Source: an uncultured archaeon (lineage in GTDB: Archaea; Asgardarchaeota; Lokiarchaeia; Sigyniarchaeales; SOKP01). From it: a stretch of 64,000 nt of DNA. Both the position numbers and the translations under genes were made by a program. Positions 49,859-59,470 of this stretch are shown one piece after another. The notes under the pieces were generated by a model. That model worked only from the letters and a program-made list of their open reading frames with translations. It searched no databases and had not been told where the DNA came from. The stretch is taken from the NCBI GenBank assembly GCA_964486045.1, contig CAZALK010000001.1, positions 776,242 through 840,241 on the forward strand, in the 5' to 3' direction. The first letter of the stretch is position 1; every line of letters begins with the position of its first letter.

Positions 49859-51780
49859 GCTATAATTTTATGCGTATTATTATAAAAAAAACCAACCTAT
49901 ATTACCTTGCCCTTGTTTTAGTGGCAATTATTATTCCCATAAGCCATTATCCACACATTTATGGAGTAGACGCATTTCAAGTGATATGGATGGCAAATGC
50001 TCTTAGAGAGGGGGCATTATTTTCTGGTAATACATGGTTAATCCATCCTGCATCCTACTTTGGATATTATCCATTTTCTCATCGAGCGATAGGAGTTCCT
50101 CTGTTTCTTGCCTTCTTAATAAGTCTTCTGAACTTTGTTTCTTTTGGTATATTTGGTCTAGCTGAGGCAATATTAACCTTTAATATTATACTCATCATAA
50201 TTCTTTATAAAAGTTCTCGAAATCTGGGAAATAGACTATTTGGAGAAGATTGGATTCGATTTGTGTTTGTAGCTGCTGTTTTATTATCCCCGAACGTCAT
50301 TTTTGATAATACAATGACCATAAGTACCAGAATTATTATAACTATTGTCATGATAGTTCTGTTAAATTTAAACTTAAAAATATTAAGTAAAGATTATAAT
50401 TCTAAATTTAAAACAACTATTTTCCTGTTTATAATCCTCTTGGTTGGTGCTTTAGCTCATAGACTTTGGATAGGTTCAGTTTTAACGATAATATTCATGA
50501 TCTTTACATTTTTTATACGAAAATATAAAAAATTACAACACCTCACTGTATTTTTAATTCTGCCGTTAAGTATCTTCGCTTTTTTCTATGGATTCGAAAT
50601 TTTTAATATTAATCCTCGTATCGGTCTAGGTGTTAATCCAACCCTTTTCGAGATAATTCCATACTTCTTCAATTATTTTGGATTTTGGACAGGATTAATT
50701 TCCATTTTTTTCCCGCTTGGGTTAATAATAACCCTGTATAAACTAACTTTTACATTTAAAAATTCTAATGCATTCAAAACATCTAAGAAAAAGAACACAC
50801 ATCTCAACAATTCTCATCTCGAGTTTGTTGACAATTTTTATTATTTACTCCTTTTTCTTATACCTTTCCTATATATGAGTTTTACTCTTTTTTATGCAAT
50901 AACCTTATTTTTACCTATTATAATAATTTTTTCCATTCAAGGTCTAATTTATTTTAAGAAGTTTATTTCAAGGATTTCTAAAAAATTAGAGTGGGTTTTC
51001 CCGATAGTTCTCTTATTTTCAGTAGGGGCTTATTACTCTCTGAGGTATAACCCTTATCCAATTATTGTATTTTGGGATGTATTTTTTATCTTGGGTGTTT
51101 CTTTGATCTTATTTTTGTCGGTTTTTTTAATTATTAATTATAATAATCTAACTTTTTCACGTGCTTCTTTTGATCCCCATAAATTGAAAACAGGGATCTG
51201 GATTATAGCATTAACAATTTCTTTTTTAGTAATTTCGGAAATAAATATAGAGGCAGGTAGAGCCGAAGTCATTAGCAGTCCCTACCCATGGGAAAATAGA
51301 TATTTTACCAATGAAGAAAACGAAATTATTGAATTTTTCCAAAATGAAGATATTGATGGTTTGATTTTTTGTGCTGCTGGTATATTTATCTCTGAAAGAA
51401 TTGGAGGGGTTGGTTTTTTACCCACTTTTAGCAAATCTACTCTTACTGGAGTACCCTTATTTTATGGTCTTATTAATCCCAATTTCGTTCATGAAAATAC
51501 ATTATTTTCATTTTCCGAATTGGAAAGTTTCGGTTTTTACAATTTTAATGAAATAGATCCCATAACAGAGTTTTTGAATGCTATTAGAATATTAGATGTA
51601 GGAAAAGGGGAAGATTTTCATTCTTTGGTCTCGTATAATATGCAATATATTATTTCTATTAACGACACTTTTCAGTCAGGTGGTATAAATAAATGGCCTT
51701 TAATTCGATCTTTACAGCAGTCGGAATTATTTGAACCCGTTTTCTCAACTTTACATTTATTGGTATGGAAAATTTATTGA
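49855..51780 (+). CDS. polytopic membrane protein, possible GT-C-fold glycosyltransferase
   Basis: Many TM helices, YGVDAF in the first external loop, SYFGYYPFS, soluble C-terminal domain. ATGA overlap with the upstream gene. Confidence 0.6.
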   Translation: MSYNFMRIIIKKTNLYYLALVLVAIIIPISHYPHIYGVDAFQVIWMANALREGALFSGNTWLIHPASYFGYYPFSHRAIGVPLFLAFLISLLNFVSFGIFGLAEAILTFNIILIIILYKSSRNLGNRLFGEDWIRFVFVAAVLLSPNVIFDNTMTISTRIIITIVMIVLLNLNLKILSKDYNSKFKTTIFLFIILLVGALAHRLWIGSVLTIIFMIFTFFIRKYKKLQHLTVFLILPLSIFAFFYGFEIFNINPRIGLGVNPTLFEIIPYFFNYFGFWTGLISIFFPLGLIITLYKLTFTFKNSNAFKTSKKKNTHLNNSHLEFVDNFYYLLLFLIPFLYMSFTLFYAITLFLPIIIIFSIQGLIYFKKFISRISKKLEWVFPIVLLFSVGAYYSLRYNPYPIIVFWDVFFILGVSLILFLSVFLIINYNNLTFSRASFDPHKLKTGIWIIALTISFLVISEINIEAGRAEVISSPYPWENRYFTNEENEIIEFFQNEDIDGLIFCAAGIFISERIGGVGFLPTFSKSTLTGVPLFYGLINPNFVHENTLFSFSELESFGFYNFNEIDPITEFLNAIRILDVGKGEDFHSLVSYNMQYIISINDTFQSGGINKWPLIRSLQQSELFEPVFSTLHLLVWKIY

Positions 51781-52254
51781 ATATCTAATTTTATACATAA
51801 GCAAAGTGTTCTAAATTGTCTTTTAGAGGAACCCTCTTATTTAACTCAAGGGTTTTCATAATGAACTTTTTACCCAATATTCTAAATTCACAGAGAGAGC
51901 TGTTACTTCAAAATCCCATTTTATCTAAGGCATTCACTGCAATTATTTTACTGTCTTCAACTTTATGTTGACGAGTATGCTTTAAAATAATAAATCATAT
52001 TTTAAATCTTGCTGTTAAATTCAGTGCATGACTTTTCAAGTAAAAATGTACACTTTAAATAAATTTATATATAGAGGAATAATAAAAGATATAAGACGCA
52101 GAAGATTGAAAACCAGAAGAACCTTACTTAAAGTATTATACAATTTTGACAAATAGACAATATTCAATAATTCAGCCATTACCTCTAAAATTCAGGCATT
52201 TCTTAGGAAACCTTTGAATCGTTTAAAATTAATACCAGAAAGGCACAGAAAATC

Positions 52255-52447
52255 AAAAAATACCCGACAAAAGTTTAAATTAATAAAAATAATCATTATT
52301 ATTAATAAATCATCCATTAGTTTTTGAGTATAAATAAATCACATTAAACACAAAAAATACCCAACAAAAGTTTAAATTTCTACAACAGATCATAATTATT
52401 ATTAATCGTCCAATAGTTTTTTAGTACGAATAAATCACATTATACAC
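52255..52447 (+). repeat. imperfect tandem duplication (2 x ~97 bp) containing a BRE/TATA-like element
   Basis: The units 52255-52351 and 52352-52447 both read aaaaaatacccRacaaaagtttaaatt...ataaatcacattaWacac and end just before the ATG at 52453. Confidence 0.85.
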
Positions 52448-52452
52448 AAAAA

Positions 52453-54123
52453 ATGACTCTTGAAAATCCAAGTTTAAAGAATTCGAAAATCGATAGGATT
52501 GAAGACTTTCGTGCTAAGGAACACAAAGTTCCAAAAGGAAAAGAAAACCTAACGTCAATCGTTATCCCTCTTTATAATGAACAAAATTCAATTAAGGATT
52601 TAATTGACAGAATACCAAACCACAATTTATATGAAATTATTATAATTGATGATGGATCTACTGATAATAGTGTTGAAAGAATAAAAGAAATTACCAATAG
52701 AGAAATTAAAATCATTCACCATAAAAAAAATCAAGGTTATGGTGCAGCATTATTGACTGGTTTTAGACATGCCACTGGAGATATCATTGTCACAATGGAT
52801 TCAGATGGACAACATAATCCTGAAGAAATTCCTTATTTAATTAAACCAATTATCAGAGATAAAGCTGATTTTGTTGTTGGATCCAGATATCTAGGTAAAT
52901 GGTATTATAAAAATCCTCTCTATGCTCGTGTAGGTGCATATTTTATAAAAGTATTCTTTAGAATGATCTTTCTTCAAAGAGTACATGATAACCAAAGTGG
53001 TTTTAGAGCTTTTAAGAAAGATATCACTAAAATTTTAGGGAATATGCGGTATACAGGAATGGGTTTTTCCACTGAATTATTATTTAAAGCCGCATCTAAT
53101 CATTTAAAGATTGTTGAAACTAAAGTTTCTGCCAATCCCCGACAATATGGTATATCTAATGTAAATCTTATAAAGATTCTCAAATCTGCCTCTTTTTGTA
53201 TCCTTTATTATTTCTTAAGAAAAATGGAAATAGATCTAAATCGGTTTTTTCTAAAAAAAATTATTTATTACTTTTACAGCAAAATTAAAAGAAAATCAAT
53301 CTATCTCCAAAAAATGACTCTCGAAGATCTAATTTTACAGAAACCTCAAAACACCATTTTAGAAAAAAAGTTGATTGAAATAGGAAATGGATTGATCCTA
53401 AAAGAAGTTCCTAAAGAAAGGGAAATATTGGATTTAGGAAAAAAATTTGTTAAAATCATTATTACTATCCCCGCTTATAATGAAGAAAAGTCAATAGCGA
53501 AAGTGCTTCAAGAAATAAATTTAGTTATGGAAAGAACTAAATGGTTCTATCAGATGTTAGTAATTGATGATGGGAGTACAGATAACACAAAAGAAATAGC
53601 TATTAAAAATGGAGCAACAGTAATATCTAATAAAATTAATTTAGGTCTAGCAAATACATTCCGAAGAGAAATGGAAATTTGTAAAAATTTAAACGCAGAC
53701 ATTATTGTTCATACAGATGGAGATGGACAATATCCTCCTAAACACATTCCAAAGATGATTGAAAGTGTTCTCGATGGGAACGATTTGGTGTTAGGTTCAC
53801 GATTTGGAAACGGTATCTACGACGGAACCATCGGCAGAAAACTCGGAAATCTTTTTTTCGCAAAAGTTTTTTGCTTACTATTTAGAAAAAATATCAATGA
53901 TACCACAACAGGTTTTAGAGCGTTCACTAAGGAGATTGCCCAGTTACCCATTAAAAGTAAATTCACGTATACTCAAGAGCAATTGATACGAGCAATTAGA
54001 AGTAGGAAATCGGTTAAAGAAATCCCTATACAAGCCAGAAAAACAAGGAAAAGTAGATTATTTGGTAATATCCTTGAATATTTTTACAGAGCAGCAATTA
54101 CTATTATAAAAATATTTATTTGA
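52453..54123 (+). CDS. tandem two-domain GT2 glycosyltransferase
   Basis: Two complete sets of GT2 motifs: IPLYNE/DDGSTD/DSDGQH/GSR/SGFRAF and IPAYNEE/DDGSTD/DGDGQY/GSR/TGFRAF. Confidence 0.92.
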   Translation: MTLENPSLKNSKIDRIEDFRAKEHKVPKGKENLTSIVIPLYNEQNSIKDLIDRIPNHNLYEIIIIDDGSTDNSVERIKEITNREIKIIHHKKNQGYGAALLTGFRHATGDIIVTMDSDGQHNPEEIPYLIKPIIRDKADFVVGSRYLGKWYYKNPLYARVGAYFIKVFFRMIFLQRVHDNQSGFRAFKKDITKILGNMRYTGMGFSTELLFKAASNHLKIVETKVSANPRQYGISNVNLIKILKSASFCILYYFLRKMEIDLNRFFLKKIIYYFYSKIKRKSIYLQKMTLEDLILQKPQNTILEKKLIEIGNGLILKEVPKEREILDLGKKFVKIIITIPAYNEEKSIAKVLQEINLVMERTKWFYQMLVIDDGSTDNTKEIAIKNGATVISNKINLGLANTFRREMEICKNLNADIIVHTDGDGQYPPKHIPKMIESVLDGNDLVLGSRFGNGIYDGTIGRKLGNLFFAKVFCLLFRKNINDTTTGFRAFTKEIAQLPIKSKFTYTQEQLIRAIRSRKSVKEIPIQARKTRKSRLFGNILEYFYRAAITIIKIFI

Positions 54124-54531
54124 ACGACTTTTCTAATACAAATTTTCTGAAATTAATTCTATTCTGAATCGATTTGACCATATATAAACTTTATATCTTA
54201 CTATTCTCTATTCCTTAAAATAGGTCTAGCTGATTTATTACAATTAAAAATTGCTGATATCATAAAAAAAAATCGTCAAGATTCATTTATAAAAAAATTA
54301 GAAATGAATTACTAGGCACTACTGAAATTATTATGAAATCAAGAAAAATGGATTTAAATAATTCTTAGGACTATAATTCTTTCAATAAGTTAAGAAATGA
54401 TTCACAATTTCCTTATTTCTATTCATTCTATTTTATCAATATTAAAAGAGATTTTTTTAACGATCAAAAATATCAAAAAGTCTAATTTTTAAAATTGCTT
54501 AACTTTACTTAAAGTAAACAAATTAATATAG

Positions 54532-55083
54532 TTGTTAATATTGGCAGCATTAAGTAGATATTTGACAAGGATAAGAGAAAATAAAGTTAGACCATATATA
54601 AAAGGAAAAGTTTTAGATATTGGATGTGGTGATGCTAAAGCAATTAATTATAAGGCGGTAACTAGATATTTCGGAGTAGATTTAGAATATAAATGTAAAG
54701 GATTAACCAAAAAGTATCCGTTGGGAGAGTTTTATTCAAAAAATTTAGAAAATGATAAAATTAATCTGCCTGAGAATGTGGATTTAGTTCTTATGACAGC
54801 ATTTATAGAACACATAAGGAACTATGAAAATCCAATAAGGCAATCAATCAATAACTTAAAGAGTGGCGGAAGGATTGTGATAACAACCCCCACTAAATTT
54901 GGAAATTTTATTCATTTCTGTGGTGAGATATTTGGTTTGTTTCCAAAATCTGTAAGAGATAGTCATAAAATAATTTTATCAAAAAGTGATTTTATAAAAA
55001 TAGGACAAAAATACAATTTAAAATTAAAAATATACAAAAAATTTGAATTGTTTTGTAATCATCTAGTGATTTTTGAAAAATGA
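54532..55083 (+). CDS. class I SAM-dependent methyltransferase
   Basis: VLDIGCG, GVD, FIEH, LKSGGRIVITTP. Confidence 0.88.
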   Translation: MLILAALSRYLTRIRENKVRPYIKGKVLDIGCGDAKAINYKAVTRYFGVDLEYKCKGLTKKYPLGEFYSKNLENDKINLPENVDLVLMTAFIEHIRNYENPIRQSINNLKSGGRIVITTPTKFGNFIHFCGEIFGLFPKSVRDSHKIILSKSDFIKIGQKYNLKLKIYKKFELFCNHLVIFEK

Positions 55084-55274
55084 ATACAGTTGACTCTTAT
55101 ATTACATATCCTGAGAATGTAATCACACACAATGTTTATTAATAATGAAGATATTTTAATTTGTCAGTTGAAACCTCGAAAATGAAAGTTTTAAGTATGT
55201 GCCTTAATTAAAAAAAAGAAGACAAAAAATGACTAAAATTTATCTCGAAAAATAATTATAATCGTGAATAAACA

Positions 55275-56444
55275 ATGAATATTAAAATGATATTATACAA
55301 AGAATTCATTTCAGATACTAGGGTCCAAAGAGAAGCAATCTTTTTAGCTCAAAACGGGTATGAAATTGAAGTAATTAATTGTAAAGGTCCTAAAGACAAT
55401 AAAACGAATATAAATAATAATAGACGAATAAAAAATAGTGAAATCATTGAAGTTCAACCAAGAAAACGTGAAACAGTAAAATCACTGTTAAAATTTTGGA
55501 TTTTAGCTTTTTATCATTTAATTAAAGGGGAAAAAACCCCAAATATAATACATGCTCACGATTTAACAGGACTTCCACCAGCAGTTTTATACAAAATATT
55601 ATATCCAAAAGTCAAATTAATTTATGACTCACATGAACTTTTCCCAGAAGCGGCTAAAGAGAAATTAAATAAATTCTATTGGTTATGTTTTCTGTTATTA
55701 GAATATATTTGTAGTAAATTTATTACAATTCTGATCGGTGCAAGTCCATTACAACTTAAAATTCTAAAAAGAAGAATTAATAAACCTCAATTTTGTATTT
55801 TGAATGTACCCGATTTAGATATAGTTAAAAAAGAACTTGATTATGAAAATCTTAAAATTCATCCTTTAAATACTAATAATGAAAAAATTATTAAGATAGT
55901 CTATTCTGGAGGAGTTTATAAGCTTAGAGGATATGATGAATTTGTTTTATCGGCAGTTAAAATATTTGAAAAAAATGCTAATTTTGAATTTTGGATAGTT
56001 GGTGATGGCATTTACTTAAACAATGTAAAAGAGATGGTAAAGAAGCACAAACTAACTGATCATTTTATCTTCACGGGAGCAGTTTCATATGTTGAGCTAT
56101 TAAAACTAACCTATAATTGTGATATCGCTGTTGGGCTTTATCAAAATACGATAAATAATAATATAATGATTTCAAACAAAATATTTGAGTACATGTTAGT
56201 TGGGATACCGTTTATATTTACCAGCTTAAAGTCATCAAAACCGTTTATAGATAAAGTGAATGCGGTTAAAATTGACTTTCCTCTTGACCCCGAAATAATT
56301 GCAGATAAGATCTTATACCTATCGGATAATAAAAAGCTACAGCATGAAATATCTATAAAAAGCAGAAATTTAATTAAAGAAAAATTAAACTGGAAAAATG
56401 AATCAACCGAATTAGTTAAAGCATATTTAGAAGCTTTAAAATAA
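55275..56444 (+). CDS. GT4 glycosyltransferase
   Basis: DTRVQREA, HAHD, YDSHELFP, VGDG, SNKIFEYM. Confidence 0.92.
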   Translation: MNIKMILYKEFISDTRVQREAIFLAQNGYEIEVINCKGPKDNKTNINNNRRIKNSEIIEVQPRKRETVKSLLKFWILAFYHLIKGEKTPNIIHAHDLTGLPPAVLYKILYPKVKLIYDSHELFPEAAKEKLNKFYWLCFLLLEYICSKFITILIGASPLQLKILKRRINKPQFCILNVPDLDIVKKELDYENLKIHPLNTNNEKIIKIVYSGGVYKLRGYDEFVLSAVKIFEKNANFEFWIVGDGIYLNNVKEMVKKHKLTDHFIFTGAVSYVELLKLTYNCDIAVGLYQNTINNNIMISNKIFEYMLVGIPFIFTSLKSSKPFIDKVNAVKIDFPLDPEIIADKILYLSDNKKLQHEISIKSRNLIKEKLNWKNESTELVKAYLEALK

Positions 56445-56639
56445 TATTTAAAAAGATAGAGTGGTATTAAAAAATATTTACTCATAAATTTAGTAATCAA
56501 GGAGTTTTCCTAATATAATTTACAATTATATCACAGGAAAAATATTAAAATTTATAGTTTCTTATATAATGATCTTTAATATTCGATTTTTTCCTTAATA
56601 AAAACTAAAATTTAAACCTAAGAAATTTATCAAATATAT

Positions 56640-57338
56640 ATGTTAAATCTACTAAGAAGAAGCTATGTTTTTATCCAAAAATTAGTAAGTTTGCTTGGGT
56701 TTGACATAATAATAAACAGAGTTATTTCCAACCCAAATTTAGAACACCAGGTGAGTTTACACCAAAAAAATATTAAAAATCTCTGTGTAGTACTTAATAG
56801 AGAGAATATGCTAAAAAGTTTTCCTAAAAACGGTATTATTGCCGAACTAGGCGTTGATAAAGGAGATTTTTCATATAAAATTATTTCTTTAACTCAGCCA
56901 AAAAAACTATACTTGATAGATAAATGGGACTCGAAAGGATACAATAAGGATAAAATGAATTATGTTAGAAAAAGATTTCAAAAAGAAATAAATGCTGGAA
57001 TAGTTACTATAATAAGAGGAACATCCGAGAAAGAATTAAAGAAATTCAAGAATGGATATTTTGACTGGGTATATATCGATACATCTCATTCTTACAGCCA
57101 AACAATGGAAGAACTGGAATTATCTCGAATAAAAGTAAAAAATGGTGGAATAATTGCTGGTCACGATTATTGTCAGGGAAGTATTAAATACGTCCTAGCA
57201 TATGGCGTGGTGCAAGCTGTGAATCAATTTTGTATAAAATATGATTGGGAATTTATTTATCTAACTCATGAAACTCACAGATTTTTAAGTTTCGCGATAA
57301 GAAAAATATTGTATATTAAAGAATTTGAAAATTTTTAA
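56640..57338 (+). CDS. class I SAM-dependent methyltransferase (Methyltransf_24-like)
   Basis: AELGVDKG, LIDKW, FDWVYIDTSHSY, GGIIAGHDY, GVVQAV. Confidence 0.88.
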   Translation: MLNLLRRSYVFIQKLVSLLGFDIIINRVISNPNLEHQVSLHQKNIKNLCVVLNRENMLKSFPKNGIIAELGVDKGDFSYKIISLTQPKKLYLIDKWDSKGYNKDKMNYVRKRFQKEINAGIVTIIRGTSEKELKKFKNGYFDWVYIDTSHSYSQTMEELELSRIKVKNGGIIAGHDYCQGSIKYVLAYGVVQAVNQFCIKYDWEFIYLTHETHRFLSFAIRKILYIKEFENF

Positions 57339-57519
57339 TATATTCGACATTTTAATTTATTAAAATAACCTTAATAAAGCAGATCTCCGCAAAATAGACA
57401 GTTTTTATCCTCTAAATCAAGCTTTACCTCTTTCTTAACCCGTTCAGGAATTTTTTTGATTTGGTATTAAAAATAATATTAATATTTTTATTAACTATCA
57501 AAATATCCTTCGATTTAGG

Positions 57520-57812
57520 ACATCCCACTTATCATCTTGCCTAAATCCGTTCCTACAACTAAAAGAGATTAGATGTTAAACAGAACGATTGAGGTACGAA
57601 GGAAAGATAAATAAAGATTACATTAAAGTTTAAATGAGACTATGTATTGCTAAGTTTAAAACTTAAGTTAATAACAACAAAATATTTAGTGATAATTATG
57701 CATATTTGCCTTTTTATATCTCAAACTCATCCAATTAAGAAAATAAATTTGAATGTTGGAGATATTGCTAATCAAATCTTAAAACTCTTACCTTCATATG
57801 AAAAAATTAAAG
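57520..57812 (+). repeat. direct repeat copy 1 (~290 bp) of 61752-62042: upstream region plus 5' end of a GT4 gene
   Basis: Shared blocks cctacaactaaaa..gattagatgttaaaca, aaaacttaagtta, gtgataattatgcatatttgcctttttatatctcaaactcatcc and tatgaaaaaattaaag. Confidence 0.92.
57698..57812 (+). pseudogene. truncated 5' fragment of a GT4 gene
   Basis: MHICLFISQTHP...NQILKLLPSYEKIK is nearly identical to the N-terminus of 61928-63082 and stops at the transposase junction. Confidence 0.85.
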
Positions 57813-59024
57813 TTCTTTGGTCGAAAGCCCTTTGAGTAAAATCCGCTCTCCCACGAGGGGCGTTAAGCTCCCTAAGATGCTTTTTTTCTCATCGACCGGT
57901 AAGCTTGAACTTCGTTTTTGCGAGATCGAGCAAAGCTTATCTCTTTTCTTCAACTTAAGATCTCTCGAAGCTGCCTTTAACGCCTTCTTCGTGAATTTCC
58001 GTAGTTCGATCCCCTTCTCCTTGAGCTCCTTTAGCAAGACCGAGTTTTTTGGATTGATATCCACGATTGGCACGGCATTCATGGATTCAACCTGGGAGAG
58101 CACAGACAAGTCCGAATAAGCGGCATCTGCGACCACGTACCAAAGATCTTCCCCCGAACGATTGACAAGGTTTTTTACGGGTATGATCGTATCGGAAAAC
58201 ATCTTAAGGTCGGAGCGGTGTCCCGTGTCAAGCTCACAATGGAGGGGAAAGCAGCGTGCATCGCATGCAATGGAAGATTTATGCCCGAAAAAAGTGCCCC
58301 GACTCCCGGTGCCGATGGAGCCGGTCTTATATTGATTATTCATAGGTACATTCGTGCTATCCACCGATACCACGCTTAAATCGAACATCTCTAAATGGGC
58401 GAGTTTATCATTTAATATTTCATCAATATCGACTGCCATGCGTTCCAAGTCTCGGAAGGCGGCATAAAAGGCGTTTTGGCCAGGGGATCCGCCAAAAAAA
58501 CCGAGCTTACCAGCTAACGGGAAAGTCATCGTCCCGTTAAATGAGGGTGTCTTTAGATCACCGACCAATTCGGCGGTACCTGAAATACGCTTGGCGCGCA
58601 GGTACATTTTTGTGTTAAAAAAGGGGATTAAAATGCCTCGTTCCTCCACAGTAAGGTCAGGGAACAGCTTGCTCGATGCTACCAGTCCGATAAAGCATTC
58701 TGGAGTGGGAGTCATCGCACATCGCTTGGAACGATATTCTGCAGCAAAAGCGTCCCTAACTTGATTTCCAACGGTCGTGTAAAAGCCATCTTGAACACGC
58801 CCCGTAAGGCCTATCAACTTGTTTTTACACACCTCATAGATTTGACCCATCCGTTTATCTGCAGTACTTCCCGCTGGGAACTTCTTGTCCATTCGTTCAA
58901 CGTAATCCCTTATCTTTTCGGCATTTCTAGATGCTAAGAGCGAAGAAACACCTGATTTCGTTAGTCCAAATACTATTTGGAAAACAGTCATTAAAGCAAA
59001 CTGCAGTATCCGATCGGGCGTCAT
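57807..59024 (-). mobile_element. IS4/IS5-like DDE transposase, probably C-terminally truncated
   Basis: Abrupt rise in GC content. VSVDST, FGHK and VVADAAY supply the first two catalytic Asp motifs. No Y..R..IE motif is seen, and the stop comes from the adjoining GT4 remnant. No terminal inverted repeats were identified. Confidence 0.8.
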
Positions 59025-59470
59025 TATCGTTCCTGATTTATTTTGATACTAATTGATAATTCACGTGCTTGATCTTGAATCCCTTTAAATTCATTTATGA
59101 TGATATCTTGATAATAATCATCGATATAGGGAAACTTTACTATTGATGGCATGAATAATTAAATAAATGAACCAATTTAAGTTTAATATCTCCTAATTTT
59201 AAAGAAATATTTATAGAAAGCGTAAATTTATGAAAAAAAACTCTAAATTTTAACTCGAAAACTTTCTTGGGAAATCTTTATAAGAAATAAAAAATTTGAA
59301 AGGAAATATCGCGATTGTTGCTATAATTAATAACCTGAACTTTTTACTTGGAGGAGAAATTATTGGAAATAACAACAATCCTATTATAAAAAATAACGCG
59401 ACAAAACCTAATCGAGCTCCAAATATAAAAAGAAATCCAAAAAAATAAACCACCGAATATCAAAATAACT

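Noticed and set aside
59025-59250. Terminal inverted repeat or target-site duplication of the IS
   Set aside because: Only a weak AT-rich palindrome is present near 59095-59125, and the other end of the element appears deleted, so no pair can be verified.
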